In this document: positions 51,465 through 61,690 of the stretch, in pieces
Numbering within the stretch: the stretch's first letter is position 1
How the letters are laid out: the number at the start of each line of letters is the position of its first letter
Origin: Candidatus Poriferihabitaceae bacterium
GTDB taxonomy: Bacteria > Pseudomonadota > Gammaproteobacteria > Arenicellales > Poriferihabitantaceae
Direction of reading: 5' to 3'
DNA length: 64,000 nt
NCBI GenBank assembly: GCA_965237485.1
Contig: CBDEFQ010000006.1
Span: 13,407-77,406, forward strand
The notes under the pieces: model-generated
The model's database searches: none
The model's input: the letters and a program-made list of their open reading frames with translations, nothing else
Told to the model about the DNA's origin: nothing
Position numbers and translations under genes: made by a program

Positions 51465-53180
51465 ATGCGAACATCTCAATATTTTCTCGCAACTTTAAAG
51501 GAAACGCCTGCTGATGCAGAGGTAATCAGTCATCAATTGATGCTGCGCGCGGGCATGATTCGCCGCGTGGCTGCAGGGATTTACAATTGGCTACCCTTGG
51601 GTTTGCGGGTGATGCGTAAAGTTGAGAATATCGTACGCGAGGAAATGGATAACTCCGGTGCTTTGGAGCTATCTTTGCCTGTCGTACAGCCTGCGGAACT
51701 GTGGCAAGAGTCGGGCCGTTGGGAGCAATATGGCCCCGAGTTGTGTCGTCTGAATGACCGGCATCATCGCGACTTTTGTTTAGGCCCCACGCACGAAGAA
51801 ATTATCACCACTTTGGCGCGCAATGAAATTCGCAGCTATCGTGATTTACCTACTAACTTATATCAAATTCAAACCAAGTTTCGAGATGAGGTGCGGCCTC
51901 GGTTTGGGGTAATGCGTAGCCGTGAGTTTGTGATGAAGGATGCCTATTCGTTCCATATAGGGCGTGAATCATTGCAAGAAACCTATGATGTGATGTATCG
52001 AACCTACACCAATATTTTTAACCGCTGCGGGTTTACCTTTCGTTCAGTGGCCGCCGATTCTGGCAGCATCGGCGGTGATGCATCGCATGAATTTCATGTG
52101 CTCGCAGAGTCTGGAGAGGATGCAATCGCCTTTTCTACCGAGTCCGATTTTGCTGCAAATGTAGAGCTGGCGTATGCCGTACCTAGCATTAGCGAACGCG
52201 CTAAACCAACCACAGAGATGAGCTTGGTTGACACACCTGATACCAAAACTATTGCCGTTTTAGTTGAGAAATACAACTTACCCATTGAAAAAACCATCAA
52301 GACACTAATTGTCAAAGCTTCTGATGCTATTGAAGCTGATTTAGTAGCCTTATTAGTGCGTGGAGACCGTGAATTAAACCCCATAAAAGCGCAAAATTTG
52401 ACAGAAGTGGCCAGCCCGTTATGTTTCGCAGAAGAAACAGAGATTCGTAGCGCAATTGGAGCAGGCCCTGGTTCATTAGGCGTAATTAATATGCCCATGC
52501 CTATCATCGCTGATACCGAAGTTTCGCGAATGAGTGATTTTGGAGCAGGGGCTAATATTGAAGCCAAACATTATTTTGGTATTAATTGGGGGCGCGACAC
52601 CGAGGAACCGCAAGTTGCCGATTTGCGCAGTGTTGTGCAGGGCGACTTAAGCCCTTGCGGTAAAGGGCTATTAGATATCAAGCGTGGCATCGAAGTAGGG
52701 CATATTTTTCAATTAGGCACGAAGTACAGTGAAGCCATGAATGCTAAGGTGCTTGACGATGAGGGCAAGGCGCAGCCGATGCAAATGGGCTGTTATGGTA
52801 TAGGTATTACCCGAGTGGTAGCGGCTTGTATTGAACAATTTCATGATGAAAAAGGCATCATTTGGCCCGCAGCACTAGCGCCATTTCAGGTTGCTATTAT
52901 CGCGATTGGCTACCAAAAATCGGATGCAGTAAAACAGGCCGCCGACACGCTGTATCAGCAATTATTAGATAAGGGCGTTGAAGCATTGCTTGATGACCGT
53001 AAAGAACGCCCAGGGGTGATGTTTGCGGATATGGAGTTAATTGGTATTCCGCATCGCTTAGTTGTGGGAGATCGCGCACTGGAAAAGGGGATGTTGGAAT
53101 ACAAACACCGCACTAGCGCGGACAGCGAGGAGTGGCTAGTAGAGGATGTGGTTGAGGAATTGGAGGCAAGATTAGGGTAA
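51465..53180 (+). CDS. proS: Prolyl-tRNA synthetase (bacterial type with an INS editing domain)
   Basis: 571 aa with [47 protein letters not shown] and GCYGIGITR. Confidence 0.96.
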   Translation: MRTSQYFLATLKETPADAEVISHQLMLRAGMIRRVAAGIYNWLPLGLRVMRKVENIVREEMDNSGALELSLPVVQPAELWQESGRWEQYGPELCRLNDRHHRDFCLGPTHEEIITTLARNEIRSYRDLPTNLYQIQTKFRDEVRPRFGVMRSREFVMKDAYSFHIGRESLQETYDVMYRTYTNIFNRCGFTFRSVAADSGSIGGDASHEFHVLAESGEDAIAFSTESDFAANVELAYAVPSISERAKPTTEMSLVDTPDTKTIAVLVEKYNLPIEKTIKTLIVKASDAIEADLVALLVRGDRELNPIKAQNLTEVASPLCFAEETEIRSAIGAGPGSLGVINMPMPIIADTEVSRMSDFGAGANIEAKHYFGINWGRDTEEPQVADLRSVVQGDLSPCGKGLLDIKRGIEVGHIFQLGTKYSEAMNAKVLDDEGKAQPMQMGCYGIGITRVVAACIEQFHDEKGIIWPAALAPFQVAIIAIGYQKSDAVKQAADTLYQQLLDKGVEALLDDRKERPGVMFADMELIGIPHRLVVGDRALEKGMLEYKHRTSADSEEWLVEDVVEELEARLG

Positions 53181-53227
53181 ATCCTGTGGTTTGGGAAGTG
53201 TTCAAATAACTGAAATTGTATGGCCAA

Positions 53228-53679
53228 TTAGGCGTTCACAAAATACATATCAATTTTCCCCTTACCTTTGGCCTGCACTTTTCCGCGGTGTTCGCACTGA
53301 AATTGATCTTTAATTTCGGCATAGGTTGTCTCTGAAATATTAACCTTACCGGCCTCTCCTGACGATTCCATTCGAGAGGCGGTATTCACCGTGTCTCCCC
53401 AAATATCGTATTGAAATTTGTGTTCTCCGACTACACCTGCCGTTACTGGGCCAGTATGTACACCTATTCGAATATCAAAAGCCACCAGCCCTGTATGGGT
53501 TTGAGAAACAAGCCTTTCTTGCGTAAACTGTGAAATTTCAATTGCCGCTGATACCACGTCAAATGCGTGAGTAGAATTAACAATAGGTAAACCCGCTGCA
53601 GCCATATACGAATCACCGATTGTTTTCATTTTCTCTATATTGTGCCTGCGTATGATTCGGTCAAAATTGCGAAAATAAA
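53228..53679 (-). pseudogene. Class III adenylate/guanylate cyclase catalytic domain, 5-prime truncated by IS66
   Basis: Carries ...KTIGDSYMAAAG...IRIGVHTGPVTAGVVGEHKFQYDIWGDTVNTASRMES... The apparent N-terminus MPFTWRL is read from the IS66 terminal repeat. Confidence 0.8.
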
Positions 53680-53757
53680 GTAAGCGCCAAGTAAAAGGCA
53701 TACTACCGATCTGTTGAGGAAAACCTTATTGTCACGCTTTTAATTTGGAGCGTACCA

Positions 53758-54069
53758 ATGACAAGACGAAGTAAAGAGCAATGGCGAGAATTGGTAGCTG
53801 ATCAGCAATCTAGCGGTTTAAGCACTGCAGCTTATTGTAGACAGTATGATATCAACCCGAAATACTTCAGCACCCGCAAAACGCAAGTACAGGGTGGCAA
53901 AGATAAATTTGTGCGTGTCAGCCCAAAGCCAAGCTATGCACCGCATGGCGGCGTACAATTTAGCAAGGCAATGACAAAGCAGCCACGCATTCGGGTCATT
54001 GATATTGAATTAGGTGATACTTTAGATGCGCAGGCTCTGAGCCTGATGCTCGATCAAGTTTTATCATGA
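53758..54069 (+). CDS. IS66-family accessory protein TnpA (Orf1)
   Basis: 103 aa (..WRELVADQQSSGLSTAAYCRQYDINPKYF..). It shares a 4-nt overlap with tnpB. Confidence 0.85.
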   Translation: MTRRSKEQWRELVADQQSSGLSTAAYCRQYDINPKYFSTRKTQVQGGKDKFVRVSPKPSYAPHGGVQFSKAMTKQPRIRVIDIELGDTLDAQALSLMLDQVLS

Positions 54070-55588
54070 AGTGGCTAACTCAGTTACCGCCCGTTTATTT
54101 GCATCGCGCACCAGTTGATTTTCGCAAGGCAGTGAATGGTTTAAGCGTGATTGTAGAACAAGAGATGGGGCTAAGCCCGTATGCCGAAGGCTTATATGTA
54201 TTCTGCAACAAAAACAAAGACCGGCTCAAGGTGTTGTATTGGGACAAGACGGGCTTTGCGTTATGGTACAAACGCCTTGAGGAGGATAAGTTTCGCTGGC
54301 CCACGCACAGTGACTTGGCGGTATTGCCGATTGATGGGAGGGCATTAAACAACCTACTCAGTGGTTTGTCGATAGAACGTAACTTCTCAATAACCCGTGG
54401 CAAAGCTGGCGCGTTCCATAATGATATCTGGCAGAGGATCAATATGTTGCTCACCGATACCAAGTCGATGGGTCAGGTAGTGCCAGAACGATATATCCAG
54501 TTTTCGGCAGGTCTTTTTCAAACTGGCAAACGTGTCCCGACACTGCTGGCCAGCATCGCTGCGGGTGGAGCCACTCACTTTTCGTTTTTTCACGTAATCG
54601 CGAATGTCTGTTTCACTGCCATTGGTGTGTAACGGAATATCTGGTCGATCTAGCACCAACAGTCATTCTGCTTGATTCGCATGGATTCGTTTGAGCGTCT
54701 GATTTAATGTTTGGTAGCATGTCTGTTGAGTGAAGATTTCATCGAAACGCTGCTCAAGTATTTTACGTTGGTTCTCGCAAGGCTGGGTTTTATACTCTTT
54801 TAACGCCCGATAAAAGCACCAGACTTGGTCGCGTATTTTAGCCATGCCCTGCCGGTGTCCCTCGTTCAGCGGTATCAACTTATGGATTAAGCACTCGGTG
54901 TGTATCCAACACAAGGCATGAGCCAAAATGTTAAATTGCCCTGCATCATCACTGACGACAACGATGTCATCACACAGACCATGATGCAAAATACTACCAA
55001 GTAATGCCCCTTCGGTGGTGATACGTCGGTGACGTGCCTTAATGATCAACAGGCTATCGAGCATTTCAAGCCAGTCATCCTCGTTGGCAATACGGCGTTC
55101 CCGGTGCTCAGTTACAGCGGCTAAGGCTTGCTTTGGCAATCCATGTTGTTGCCTATAATTCAACGCACTTTGACTCAAACGATAATCCGTATTGCCAGCC
55201 CTTAATAGCGGTAGGAAGTTAATTCGACTTTTTGATTGAGTACTTTTAAACCACGCAAACAAGTCATTACCAATGTGCGTTACATAGCCATTTTTGCCCT
55301 GATGGCGAGCACCACTATCGTCCACGGTCACGTAAGACGATGCGCTCAGAGCAACGCCTCTTTCTCAGCATGAAAGGGCTCTTTAGTGCTGATCAGTATT
55401 GGGTTAATTTGTCCCGAAGAAATATCAATTCCCCACTCTCGCAACTGTTCCAACAAGAGTGGTTGCGTGGTTTGACAATGATGATATTGATAGAGAATAT
55501 AACTGACCAGACGAGGCCCATAATGTCGCCCTGCCACGGATGTCGGTAACTGGCCTTCGAGCTTTTTATTGTCTGGCGTTACCCAATG

Positions 55589-56762
55589 GGCTTGTCGGAT
55601 AATTAATAGAATACGTGAGATAATATGGGCTGATTCTAGTCAGCCTGCAATTTTGAGCAAACGTCATCAAAGCCAACTGTTCCTAACCTTAGATTCTCTG
55701 GTTAGCTCTGAACATCCCTACCGTAAACTCGATGAGCTATTATGTTTTGGTGCATTGAGTAAACCCTTCTCTAAAATATATGCCACCCGTGGCCCTAAAG
55801 GCCGAGGTGTTGAGTTCGGCTTACGTGCCTTGGTGCTTCAGTTCATGGAAGATTTAAGTGATAGAGAAATGGAGCGATACTTATCAGAGAATCTGGCCGC
55901 TAAGTGGTTTTGTGATTCAGGACTGGAACAGAGCACTCCTGATCATAGTTACTTTGGTGATTTTCGCTCACGCATTGGAACCAGGGGTATGATGAATTTA
56001 TTTGACCGTGTTCGGAGCGGGTTAGTTTCAATGGGCTTAGTACGAGAAGTATTCACATTTGTCGATGCCAGCCAGTTGGTCAGTAAGCTAACCACTTGGG
56101 ATGATAGAGATAAGGCGATAAAGATGGGATTAGAGGAGTTCAACAATAAGACAGTTGATAAAGTTGCGGCGGACAAGCAAGCACGGTTTGGGTGCAAGGG
56201 AAATAGCAAATATTGGTATGGTTACAAAGAGCATGCATCAGTGGATATGCAAAGTGGCTTGATCAATAAAATAGCGGCCACCTCGGCTGAGGTAACGGAT
56301 GCAAGCGGCTTGAAGCATGTTTGCCCTAAGTCGGGCGCTGTTTATGCGGACAAGGGTTATTGCGTGAGCCCGGCCAAAACCACGCTCAGGCGCAACGGTT
56401 GCCATGATGCAACAATCAAGAAGAACAATATGCATGGCAAGAATAGAGACAAAGACCGTTGGATTAGCAAAATTCGTTCACCATATGAGCGAGTGTTTGC
56501 TCATCGCAATAAGCGAGTTCGTTATAAAGGGTTGGCTAAAGTCCAGTTCCAAGTTGGAATCAGGGGCTTATGTTTTAACCTTAAGCGATTAATGGCATTG
56601 GGAGTTGAACGAGTTGAATTGGTGCCGGCCTAGGGATAGATCCGTCTATTGGTGGCAAAATGGCTGCTAATAGACGGTTTATTGCACAAAAAACGCGTTG
56701 CTGAGCAAACTAAAAGCGACTTCGGCGAAAACCCTGTTTGAAATTGTATTAACCGACGAGCC
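55589..56762 (+). mobile_element. IS5-family element 2 (1174 bp), third level of nesting
   Basis: IRs are GGCTTGTCGGATAAT and ATTAACCGACGAGCC. A 7-bp direct repeat, CCCAATG, lies at 55582-88 and 56763-69. Confidence 0.8.
55653..56633 (+). CDS. IS5-family DDE transposase
   Basis: The track ORF starts at 55569, outside the IS. The first plausible internal start is the TTG at 55653 (MSKRHQSQLFLTLDSLVSSEHPYRKLD). The DDE region reads FVDASQL...YADKGY. Confidence 0.75.
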   Translation: MSKRHQSQLFLTLDSLVSSEHPYRKLDELLCFGALSKPFSKIYATRGPKGRGVEFGLRALVLQFMEDLSDREMERYLSENLAAKWFCDSGLEQSTPDHSYFGDFRSRIGTRGMMNLFDRVRSGLVSMGLVREVFTFVDASQLVSKLTTWDDRDKAIKMGLEEFNNKTVDKVAADKQARFGCKGNSKYWYGYKEHASVDMQSGLINKIAATSAEVTDASGLKHVCPKSGAVYADKGYCVSPAKTTLRRNGCHDATIKKNNMHGKNRDKDRWISKIRSPYERVFAHRNKRVRYKGLAKVQFQVGIRGLCFNLKRLMALGVERVELVPA

Positions 56763-57519
56763 CCCAATGCGCTAAACGATAGCGGGTGGTATGAACCTTG
56801 ATAAGCAAATCTTGCACTACAAAATCCCGATAGCCTTTAAAGCGAGAACCTTCGGGCACGGACTTCGCTGGTTCAATAACCAGATTTAGGTCAATTGACA
56901 GCCTTGGTGTTTTCTTTGCCTTGTTCGACCCAGCTCGCTGCTTAGGTTTGTCGCTAGAAGATGAACGTTTTGGCTCTGTTTTCTTATCCATATTACCGCC
57001 CTTAACAGTAGGCCGCCTCTTCTGCCCCTTAAGGATATTGATTTCATCTTTAAGCAATGCTATTTCTTCGTCCTGTTGTTGAACTCGCACCAACAGCTGC
57101 TCCACTAGCACCCGCAACATTTTTACTGCGGGGGTTTGTTCTTGTTCAGGAATGTCGGGAATAGAGGGTAGCTTACTCAAGGTCTTAAACGTCCGTTAAC
57201 TGGATAGACCTTAGTGTACCATCGGTTTTGAAAGTCCAATTTTGCCTTCTCAACTGCGCCACAACGAACGTTAAGAAGACACCCCTGAACGTCCTTAAGC
57301 GATCTTTGTTATTAGCGTAAAGGGGCCTACAACCACCCTGGAACTCAACCTAAATCGAGTCACTCGACCACGTTGAATTACCTTCCTTTTAGCGTAAAAC
57401 CCGGTCAAGAAATATTTTGTTTTATTTTACCTGCCACGGGTTATTGAGAAGTTATGATAGAACGACATAAGACATTGTTTTATAAGGAAGTGAGCTAGGG
57501 TCTCTGGTAAAATATCGGC

Positions 57520-58647
57520 ATGCAATCGTATGCTGAACTACAACAAGAAAACCAGCGAATTCAAGGCGATATAAAACAGATTAGGAAAGCTTTATTGGCA
57601 CAGGAAGTGGAATATAAGTCTCGTCTAAACTCTAAAGATGCCTTTATAGATCAACTCAAAGAAGCACTGATTCTAGCGCGCAACACCCGTTTTGCAGCGA
57701 ACAGTGAAGCATTGCGCACTTTGCAGTTAGTGCTGTTCAATGAGGCTGAGTTAGATTCAGACTCAGTCACAAACGAGGCTCCTGCAATTGATGATGCCGA
57801 TACCGTCACCATCCCTGCTCATCAACGCAAGCGCGGTGGCCGTAAACCCCTGCCCGCAGAACTACCCCGTATTGAGGTGGTTCACGACCTGAGTGATGAA
57901 GATAAGGTTTGCCCGCACGATGGCTATACACTTACATTCATGAGCGACAAGATATCGGAACAGCTAGACATCATCCCGATGCAGATTCAGGTGATTCGGC
58001 ACATTCGCAAGCAATATCAGTGCCCTTGTTGCCAAAGCAACGGCGAGACGATGATTAAAACGGCGGCCAAGCCTAAACAGGCCATCGAGAAAAGCCAAGC
58101 CAGTAGTGGCTTATTGGCTTATATCGCCACGGCCAAATATGCAGATAGCCTACCGTTGTATCGCCAAAGTACGATTCTTGGGTGCTTTGGTATCGATATT
58201 GACCGCACTACGTTGGCTAATTGGATGATTAAGTGCGGCCAGTTGGTGCAACCGTTGATCAACCGCATTGAAGAAGACTTGTTAGGGCAAGATTATATCC
58301 AGATGGACGAAACGCCAGTTCAGGTATTGAATGAGGAGGGTAAGACGGCGCAAAGTAAGTCGTATATGTGGGTGCGCAGTGCGGGGCCACCTGGTCAAAG
58401 GTTAATCTTGTTTGATTATGACCCGAGCCGCAGCAGTGAAGTGCCGAAACGGTTATTGGCTGATTATGATGGTGCCATGATGGTGGATGGCTATGTGGGT
58501 TATGATGCCGTTTGTGCTGAACAAGCAATAACTCGCTTAGGTTGTTGGGCGCATGCGCGGCGTAAATTTGTGGAGGCGGTTAAGGCAGGCGGCAAGCGCA
58601 AGACAAGCCCTAAGGCAGAGTATGCACTGAAGCTGATTGCCAAGTTG
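57520..58647 (+). pseudogene. IS66-family transposase TnpC, 3-prime truncated
   Basis: Has an N-terminal coiled-coil, zinc-finger CPHDG...CPCC, and MDETPVQVL... The last residues (RSGPAF) are read from the IS3-A end. Confidence 0.85.
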
Positions 58648-58699
58648 AGAAGTGGACCCGCTTTTTAGGACAGATGGCTTAGGAGTTATTTTCAGCTGA

Positions 58700-59524
58700 T
58701 TAAGCAGCCAATTTCAGGCCGCGACATGGATCATACATCATGTCAGGGACCATGCCCAATGTTTGATGTTTACGCTCTTGGTTGTAATAGTTTATCCAGG
58801 AGCCAATGCCGTCTTTTGCCTCTTTCATCGATTGGTAGGCTTGCAAATAGACTTCCTCATATTTCACGCTGCGCCATAAGCGCTCAACAAATATATTGTC
58901 ACGCCAAGCACCTTTGCCATCCATGCTGATGCGAATACCATTGTCTTTGAGTACACCGGTAAACGCCTCACTGGTAAATTGCGCACCTTGATCGCTGTTA
59001 AAGATATCAGGCTTGCCGTAGTAATGCAGTGCCTCTTCCAAAGCATCTACGCAGAATGCGCTATCCATGCTGTTGCTAAGCCGCCATGACAGCACTTTAC
59101 GAGAATACCAATCCATCACAACGGTAAGATAAGCAAAGCCCTTAGGCATCGGGATATAAGTTATATCGGTACACCAAGCTTGATTGGGTTGATTGATGGC
59201 CAACCCACCTAGCAGATAAGGATAAATCTTGTGCCCCGCCTTCTTCTTGCTGGTGTTAGGCCTAGGATAGATGGCTTTAATGCCCATCTTACGCATTAAG
59301 CGTCGCACATGTTTACGGTCAACTCGGTGGCCTACATCTTGCAACACATCACGAATGCGTCTACTGCCAAGAAAGGGCCGATTGAGGTGAATGCGATCAA
59401 TCAGATGCATCAGTTCCAAGTCATCCTCATTAGCAGGTGAGGTTTTGTAATAAACATGGGAACGATGAATCTTCAACAATTTACACTGACGAACTAACGA
59501 TAGTTTATTGCTTTTATTAATCAT
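58700..59524 (-). CDS. IS3-A OrfB
   Basis: 274 aa with one substitution (DNIFVERL) relative to the other copies. Confidence 0.9.
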   Translation of the reverse strand: MINKSNKLSLVRQCKLLKIHRSHVYYKTSPANEDDLELMHLIDRIHLNRPFLGSRRIRDVLQDVGHRVDRKHVRRLMRKMGIKAIYPRPNTSKKKAGHKIYPYLLGGLAINQPNQAWCTDITYIPMPKGFAYLTVVMDWYSRKVLSWRLSNSMDSAFCVDALEEALHYYGKPDIFNSDQGAQFTSEAFTGVLKDNGIRISMDGKGAWRDNIFVERLWRSVKYEEVYLQAYQSMKEAKDGIGSWINYYNQERKHQTLGMVPDMMYDPCRGLKLAA

Positions 59525-59544
59525 AGTTTTGCGCTCAGGTCTGT

Positions 59545-59826
59545 TTAACGACCGAGCGCTTTTGATAAAAAATCGTTTTCCATGGTGATTTCACCGATCT
59601 TTGCCTGTAATGATTTAATCTCTGATTCTCGGTTTGGAGATAAGCCTGTGCCTGATGCAAAGACTTCAGCTGAGCTATCGAGCAATTGTTTCTTCCACTT
59701 GACGATAAGATTTGCATTGATGTCATAACGACTAGCAAGATTGCTTAATGTTTCATCACCTTTGATTGCTGCAAGAGCAACTTTGGCTTTGAATTGTGGG
59801 GCATGGTTTCTACGCTTTTTACTCAT
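59545..59826 (-). CDS. IS3-A OrfA
   Basis: 93 aa, HAPQFKAK variant shared with copy D. Confidence 0.88.
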   Translation of the reverse strand: MSKKRRNHAPQFKAKVALAAIKGDETLSNLASRYDINANLIVKWKKQLLDSSAEVFASGTGLSPNRESEIKSLQAKIGEITMENDFLSKALGR

Positions 59827-59911
59827 TTTCTGTTCCTCGTTTTGAACAATTATAAAACAGAAAATAACTCCTTATTTTGGCCTTCAACCTGTCCTAATCA
59901 TGGGGTCCACT

Positions 59912-60824
59912 TCATGCAACAGCTACGCTCGCCCATACATAGCATTTTTCAAAATCCTGTGTAACACCTTCTCCATCGGCGTACATCACTCCTAAATTGT
60001 TTTGCGCACTTGCAAATCCTTGTTCTGCTGCTTTCAAAAACCATCTAGCGGCTTCCTTGTCATCCTGTGTAACACCTTCTCCATTTTTGTACATCACTCC
60101 TAAATTGTATTGCGCACTTGCAAATCCTTGTTCTGCTGCTTTCAAATACCATCTAGCGGCTTCCTTGTCATCCTGTGTAACACCATCTCCATTTTTGTAC
60201 ATCATTCCTAAATAGTGTTGCGCGTACGCATATCCTTGTTCTGCTGCTTTTAAAAACCATCTAGCGGCTTCCTTGTCATCCTGTGTAACACCATCTCCAT
60301 TTTTGTACCTCAATCCTAAATTGTTTTGCGCCCTTGCCTCTCCCTGCTCCGCTGCTTTCAAATACCATCTAGCGGCTTCCTTGTCATCCTGTTGTAACAC
60401 CATCTCCATTTTCGTACATCACTCCTAAATTGTGTTGCGCACTTGCCTCTCCTTGTTCTGCTGCTTTCAAATACCATCTAGCGGCTTCCTTGTCATCCTG
60501 TGTAACACCTTCTCCACTGGCGTACATCACTCCTAAATTGTATTGCGCCCTTGCCTCTCCCTGCTCCGCTGCTTTCAAATACCATCTAGCGGCTTCCTTG
60601 TCATCCTGTGTTACACCCTCTCCATTGAAGTACATCAATCCTAAATTGTTTAGTGCCCTTGCCTCTCCCTGCTCCGCAGCTTTTCTAAACGAGTTAAACG
60701 CTGTCTCATAATCATTGTTGTTATAAGCTTGCACGCCATCGTCAAAATCGCCGCTGTATGTTACCCCAACAAACAACATTAGTGTAGTAAAAATTATTAG
60801 TATGCTTTGTTTAATGTTTGCCAT
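59912..60824 (-). pseudogene. Secreted Sel1-repeat protein, frameshifted and C-terminally truncated
   Basis: Has a signal peptide MANIKQSILIIFTTLMLFVGVTYS and about eight 36-aa repeats (DDKEAARWYLKAAEQGxAxAQxNLGVMYxNGxGVTQ). An extra T at about 60392 (CCTGTTGTAAC versus CCTGTGTAAC) shifts the frame. The stop TGA is supplied by the IS3-A end. Confidence 0.8.
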
Positions 60825-61388
60825 AAGTCTTTACTCTTATTATAAACTAATGTCCAAAAGATTGAGTTATGCCCGAATCTGGTGTATGAGGCATTTTCTT
60901 CAAGCGGCCTCGGTTTGATCTGAGTAGTCATTAGTTTGCTCTATTCCATCTTTAAATGGAACCCCTTGAATCACTTTTGCTAGATAGGCGAACCCGCGTA
61001 TTCGGTTCCACTTTTTCTCTGCGCACTGACCCAGCTTGAACATCATACTTAACATGCCATCACGGCTAAGACATCCCTTGCATCGTTTGGTACGGTGTCG
61101 GATAGTCGCGAATGTTGATTCAATTGGATTCGTAGTACGTATGCTCATCCAGTGCTTGGCAGGGAACGAGTAGAACGTCATTAACTCTTCGCGATCTTTT
61201 TCCAAGCACTGCGTGGCTTTTGGATACTTGTCTTGACAGGTTTTAATGAATAATTGATAGGCGCTTTGCGCCGCTTCTTTGGTTTCTTCCTGCCAAATGT
61301 TGAAGTGGACCCCATGATTAGGACAGGTTGAAGGCCAAAATAAGGAGTTATTTTCTGTTTTATAATTGTTCAAAACGAGGAACAGAAA

Positions 61389-61670
61389 ATGAGTAAAAAG
61401 CGTAGAAACCATGCCCCACAATTCAAAGCCAAAGTTGCTCTTGCAGCAATCAAAGGTGATGAAACATTAAGCAATCTTGCTAGTCGTTATGACATCAATG
61501 CAAATCTTATCGTCAAGTGGAAGAAACAATTGCTCGATAGCTCAGCTGAAGTCTTTGCATCAGGCACAGGCTTATCTCCAAACCGAGAATCAGAGATTAA
61601 ATCATTACAGGCAAAGATCGGTGAAATCACCATGGAAAACGATTTTTTATCAAAAGCGCTCGGTCGTTAA
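61389..61670 (+). CDS. IS3-A OrfA
   Basis: 93 aa, identical to copy C. Confidence 0.88.
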   Translation: MSKKRRNHAPQFKAKVALAAIKGDETLSNLASRYDINANLIVKWKKQLLDSSAEVFASGTGLSPNRESEIKSLQAKIGEITMENDFLSKALGR

Positions 61671-61690
61671 ACAGACCTGAGCGCAAAACT

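Larger units (their letters stand above)
54387..57180 (-). pseudogene. Transposase of the nested IS, carrying an IS5 insertion, a frameshift and an in-frame TGA
   Basis: The pieces are 57180-56763 (coiled-coil, PEGSRFKGYRDFVVQDL), 55588-55346, 55331-54666 and 54659-54387 (LHTNGSETDIRDYVKKRKVSGSTRS). The TGA lies at 54665-54663. Confidence 0.7.
54380..57455 (-). mobile_element. IS of unassigned family, nested in IS66 tnpB
   Basis: IRs are TAACTTCTCAATAACCCGTGGCA and TGCCACGGGTTATTGAGAAGTTA. The 9-bp TSD GATAGAACG lies at 54371-79 and 57456-64. Confidence 0.8.
54066..57498 (+). pseudogene. IS66-family TnpB (Orf2), interrupted by a 3.1-kb insertion
   Basis: 54066-54379 encodes ..VYLHRAPVDFRKAVNGLSVIV...LYWDKTGFALWYKRLE.. 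The frame resumes at 57465 and stops at 57498. Together the two parts give about 115 aa. Confidence 0.8.
53680..58647 (+). mobile_element. IS66-family element: left end intact, right part cut off by IS3-A copy C, with a nested insertion
   Basis: The left IR starts GTAAGCGCC at 53680. tnpA, tnpB and tnpC are in the canonical order. Confidence 0.85.
58648..59914 (-). mobile_element. IS3-family element type A, copy C (inverted, no TSD)
   Basis: It has the same 1267-bp element ends. The flanking triplets TTG (58645-47) and TGC (59915-17) differ. Confidence 0.9.

Noticed and set aside
54663-54665. The in-frame TGA inside the nested transposase was considered as possible selenocysteine or programmed read-through.
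   Set aside because: The same gene also carries a frameshift and an IS5 insertion, no SECIS-like hairpin is apparent, and transposases are not known selenoproteins. A plain nonsense mutation is more likely.
59912-60824. The regularly spaced near-identical 108-bp units were considered as a possible CRISPR-like array.
   Set aside because: The units are contiguous coding repeats with no unique spacers. They translate into canonical Sel1 repeats, and no cas genes are present.
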